From Desulfotalea psychrophila LSv54 (GTDB lineage Bacteria > Desulfobacterota > Desulfobulbia > Desulfobulbales > Desulfocapsaceae), in assembly GCF_000025945.1 (NCBI RefSeq), contig NC_006138.1:1110001-1142000 (forward strand): a stretch of DNA of 32,000 nt, in the 5' to 3' direction. Both the position numbers and the translations under genes were made by a program. Position 1 is the first letter of the stretch; each line of letters starts with the position of its first letter. Below, piece after piece: positions 29,389 to 32,000 of the stretch. Below the pieces are notes generated by a model. That model made no database searches. It saw only the letters and a list, made by a program, of their open reading frames with translations, and was not told the origin of the DNA.

Positions 29389-29577
29389 CTATTTGGGTGT
29401 GTCAGCAAGTATGCCTGCCTTGGCAATATTTTCCGGTGCCACCTCGTCGATAAAGATGAGAATGTTCTCAGCTGGCTTATTCGCCTCCCTGCTGATTACC
29501 TCTGTAACACCTTTGCTGATATTTGCCTTCTGTTCTCTGGTCAATTTTCCCCCAACGCGTATGTTAACGTATGGCAT
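29389..29577 (-). CDS. 4-oxalocrotonate tautomerase family protein
   Basis: 62 aa: MPYVNIRVGGKLTREQKANISKGVTEVISREANKPAENILIFIDEVAPENIAKAG, with Pro2 and the 4-OT pattern. Confidence 0.88.
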   Translation of the reverse strand: MPYVNIRVGGKLTREQKANISKGVTEVISREANKPAENILIFIDEVAPENIAKAGILADTPK

Positions 29578-29702
29578 TTTGTGTCCTCTAACTTATGGGT
29601 TTTAGAAGAAATGTCTATTCTTCATGTGGAATTAGGTATATAATAAAAATATTATCATAATACAAAAACTAAAAATTAAAAATCAATTTAGTGAGGCGGT
29701 GG

Positions 29703-30731
29703 ATGGGGGCATCACGTATCCTGCTGACAGGCGGGGCTGGTTATATCGGCAGTCATACCTGCCTGGAACTCTTAGAGGCGGGCTATCAGGTCACCGTTGT
29801 TGATGATCTGTCAAACTCCTCCTATGAAGCCCTCTGTCGGGTAGAGTCACTTACGGGAAAAAAAGTAACCTTTCATCAGGTTAATGTTTTTGATGAACAG
29901 GCCCTCGACGCTGTTTTTCTCAATGCCCCGGAGTCCTTTGCTGCGGTGATTCATTTTGCCGGACTTAAGGTTATTGGTGAATCTGTCGCTGAGCCACTTC
30001 GCTACTATCATAATAATATTACGGGAACCTTGGTTCTCTGTGGTCTTATGGCTAAACATGGGGTGAAGAATATCATCTTCAGCTCTTCGGCTACGGTTTA
30101 TGGTGATCCGGCAAGGGTTCCCATAACCGAGGACTTTCCTCTTTCCTGTGCCAACCCCTACGGTCGAACAAAGTTGATGGTGGAGGAGATTCTTGCCGAT
30201 CTTCATGGGGCAGATCATGAGTGGAACGCCTGTCTGCTTCGCTATTTTAATCCGGTTGGCGCCCATAAAAGTGGCCGGATAGGGGAAGATCCAGATGGCA
30301 TTCCTAATAATCTTATTCCCTATATCGCTCAGGTTGCCATTGGTCGCCTTGACTGTCTCTCGGTTTTTGGTAATGATTACCCAACGGTTGATGGCACGGG
30401 GGTACGGGACTATATCCATGTGGTTGATCTGGCCAAGGGTCATGTCTGTGCTGTGAAAAAGGTTCTTGAGGGTCGGGGTGTCACAACCTACAACTTGGGC
30501 ACGGGCCTTGGTTATAGTGTGCTTGAGATAGTGGATGCCTTTTCCCGGGCCTGCGGACGTGATATTGCCTATAAGATCGTGGCGAGGCGAGCTGGTGATA
30601 TAGCAGCGTGCTATGCGGATTCCGCCAAGGCTCTGACAGAGCTTGGTTGGTCGGCCTCTCTGGGGCTTGCGGAGATGTGCGAAGATACCTGGCGTTGGCA
30701 GGAAAATAATCCTACGGGATATCGCTCATAG
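29703..30731 (+). CDS. galE: UDP-glucose 4-epimerase
   Basis: [106 protein letters not shown]. Start set at ATG 29703 (RBS gaggcgg). Confidence 0.95.
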   Translation: MGASRILLTGGAGYIGSHTCLELLEAGYQVTVVDDLSNSSYEALCRVESLTGKKVTFHQVNVFDEQALDAVFLNAPESFAAVIHFAGLKVIGESVAEPLRYYHNNITGTLVLCGLMAKHGVKNIIFSSSATVYGDPARVPITEDFPLSCANPYGRTKLMVEEILADLHGADHEWNACLLRYFNPVGAHKSGRIGEDPDGIPNNLIPYIAQVAIGRLDCLSVFGNDYPTVDGTGVRDYIHVVDLAKGHVCAVKKVLEGRGVTTYNLGTGLGYSVLEIVDAFSRACGRDIAYKIVARRAGDIAACYADSAKALTELGWSASLGLAEMCEDTWRWQENNPTGYRS

Positions 30732-30749
30732 GAAATCTTGAAAAAACCG

Positions 30750-30824
30750 GTAAATTCGATAAGAAACAGTCTCGATTGCTGTGCCTATGCTGTAGGCACA
30801 GAGATCATTTATTTCGAATTTTAC
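30750..30824. other. Nested stem structure 3' of galE (terminator or structured RNA)
   Basis: Outer arms GTAAATTCGA / TCGAATTTTAC (one bulge) around a perfect 9-bp hairpin CTGTGCCTA-tgctg-TAGGCACAG at 30779-30801. Confidence 0.5.
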
Positions 30825-31169
30825 CTACCTTTATAATAAATTTTATTTAAAGGTTAATACTTTGTAGTAAGGGACGTTAAACGTTTCCCGACAGAGGAGG
30901 TAAAACTCCTGAATTCCCCTCTGATTTGATCTTTTCCCGTAGTGGCTTCTTGCCTCTCTAAGGGAATCTGCTTTGATAAAAATAAACATCGTTTTAAAAT
31001 TATCTGCTCAACTTATCTGAGAAAAATGTAAATGAGGACCGGAATGGCTGTTATTTGAAAAAGCTATATCTGGTAAAGCTTTTTTCTTATTTTGTTTAGT
31101 AAGTGATAATGGTAGGTTCTGAAAATATATTAAGTATAAGGCAAAGTAATATTAACTATAAGGTAGGGT

Positions 31170-31661
31170 ATGTCTTTGAAAAAGTGTTCTACAATGATTT
31201 TTGGTTGCGGCAATATAACCATGGGGGATGATGGTTTTGGTCCCGCTGTGATTGATGAGTTGCATGCTCATTATGAATTGCCCGAGGGGGTACAGGCCAT
31301 CGATGCGGATACCGGTATTCGCGAGTATCTTTTTGATTATCTTCTCTCTGAAGAGGATCGGCCTGATCGTATAATTGTCTTAGATGCAGTTGATTTCCCT
31401 GATAGAAATCCTGGCGAGGTGTTCTATATCGCGCCCGATAGCATTCCTTCCCAAAAGATTCATGACTTTTCGCTTCATCAATTCCCTACAGTAAATATGT
31501 TATTAGAGTTGGAACAGTATACAGGAATGGAAATAAAGATATTGGCAGCCCAAATAGAGTGTATTCCGAAAGAAATTGCTCCTGGGCTGTCGGAACCAAT
31601 GTCAAAAGCTGTTCCTGCGGCATGTGAGATGATCTCACAAATTCTTTTAGAAAAAAGCTAA
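31170..31661 (+). CDS. Hydrogenase maturation protease family (HyaD/HycI/FrcD-like)
   Basis: MIFGCGNITMGDDGFGPAVIDEL, GVQAIDADTGIREYLFDYLL, RIIVLDAVDFPDRNPGEVF, IHDFSLHQF: the GNxxxGDDGxGP motif plus conserved acidic and His positions. Confidence 0.85.
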   Translation: MSLKKCSTMIFGCGNITMGDDGFGPAVIDELHAHYELPEGVQAIDADTGIREYLFDYLLSEEDRPDRIIVLDAVDFPDRNPGEVFYIAPDSIPSQKIHDFSLHQFPTVNMLLELEQYTGMEIKILAAQIECIPKEIAPGLSEPMSKAVPAACEMISQILLEKS

Positions 31662-31676
31662 ATGAGGTGACCTTTT

Positions 31677-32000
31677 ATGAAGTATGAATTTAAAGTCAGC
31701 GAAATAGCAGAGGAATTTGGTGTTCATTCGACGACCATAAAAAATTGGATTAAATCCGGTTCTCTTTCTGCAAAGGAAGGGCCTGGATCCAAATATCTTA
31801 TGGAGTTTAGTGACTATCAAGACTTTTGCGATCGGTTTGGAGTTGAACCAAGTGTTCGACCTCTGAACCATGTACACAAGGATCCGTGTACTATTCAACA
31901 GGAAGCACAACCTATACTTGAGCCGATGACGCTTGATGGTAAAAAGAGTGCGCTTGCAGTTGATCCATCATGGGCGTCATCCTGTCTAACCTGCGGCACC
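31677..32000 (+). CDS. HTH (MerR/excisionase-like) protein leading into a Cys-rich, probably 4Fe-4S region; 3' truncated
   Basis: MKYEFKVSEIAEEFGVHSTTIKNWIKSGSLSAKEGPGSKYLMEFSDYQDFCDRFGVEP...KKSALAVDPSWASSCLTCGT, open to the window end. The start lies 15 nt after the maturation protease stop. Confidence 0.75.
   Translation, partial: MKYEFKVSEIAEEFGVHSTTIKNWIKSGSLSAKEGPGSKYLMEFSDYQDFCDRFGVEPSVRPLNHVHKDPCTIQQEAQPILEPMTLDGKKSALAVDPSWASSCLTCGT

Noticed and set aside
29847-30443. 198-aa minus-strand ORF opposite galE
   Set aside because: Antisense shadow of a strongly supported galE.
1-32000. CRISPR arrays, IS elements, tRNA or rRNA genes
   Set aside because: No regularly spaced direct repeats, transposase motifs or tRNA cloverleaf/CCA-like sequences noticed on either strand. 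The only large repeat is the MCP tandem duplication.

Overview
This window looks like an ordinary chromosomal segment of a sulfate-reducing deltaproteobacterium. The lineage is inferred from dsrC and overall gene content and was not searched. I see no tRNA, rRNA, CRISPR array, transposase or prophage. Main content, left to right: a truncated membrane protein; two tandem 674-aa methyl-accepting chemotaxis proteins (MCPs) with a duplicated leader, plus a probable decayed third copy; a HesB/IscA-like protein; a polar amino-acid ABC transporter operon; small proteins, including a 56-aa four-cysteine protein absent from the ORF track; an asparaginase; a 1399-aa SNF2-type ATPase with a long uncharacterised N-terminus; a PpiD/SurA-like foldase; dsrC with a hairpin-like operator candidate; a bactofilin/M23 peptidase pair; a uup-phosphoesterase-Ser/Thr kinase cluster in which the kinase carries a C-terminal Lcl/DUF1566-like domain; threonine aldolase; a YitT-like protein; a divergent NAD-dependent DNA ligase; a tautomerase; galE; a structured intergenic region; a hydrogenase-maturation-type protease; and a truncated HTH protein that runs into a Cys-rich motif at the window edge. 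I found no convincing new multi-gene system. The best leads are the divergent ligase, the tandem MCP array, the HTH/Cys-motif fusion, the kinase architecture, the SNF2 N-terminus and two non-coding structured elements. All family calls come from motif recognition by eye.
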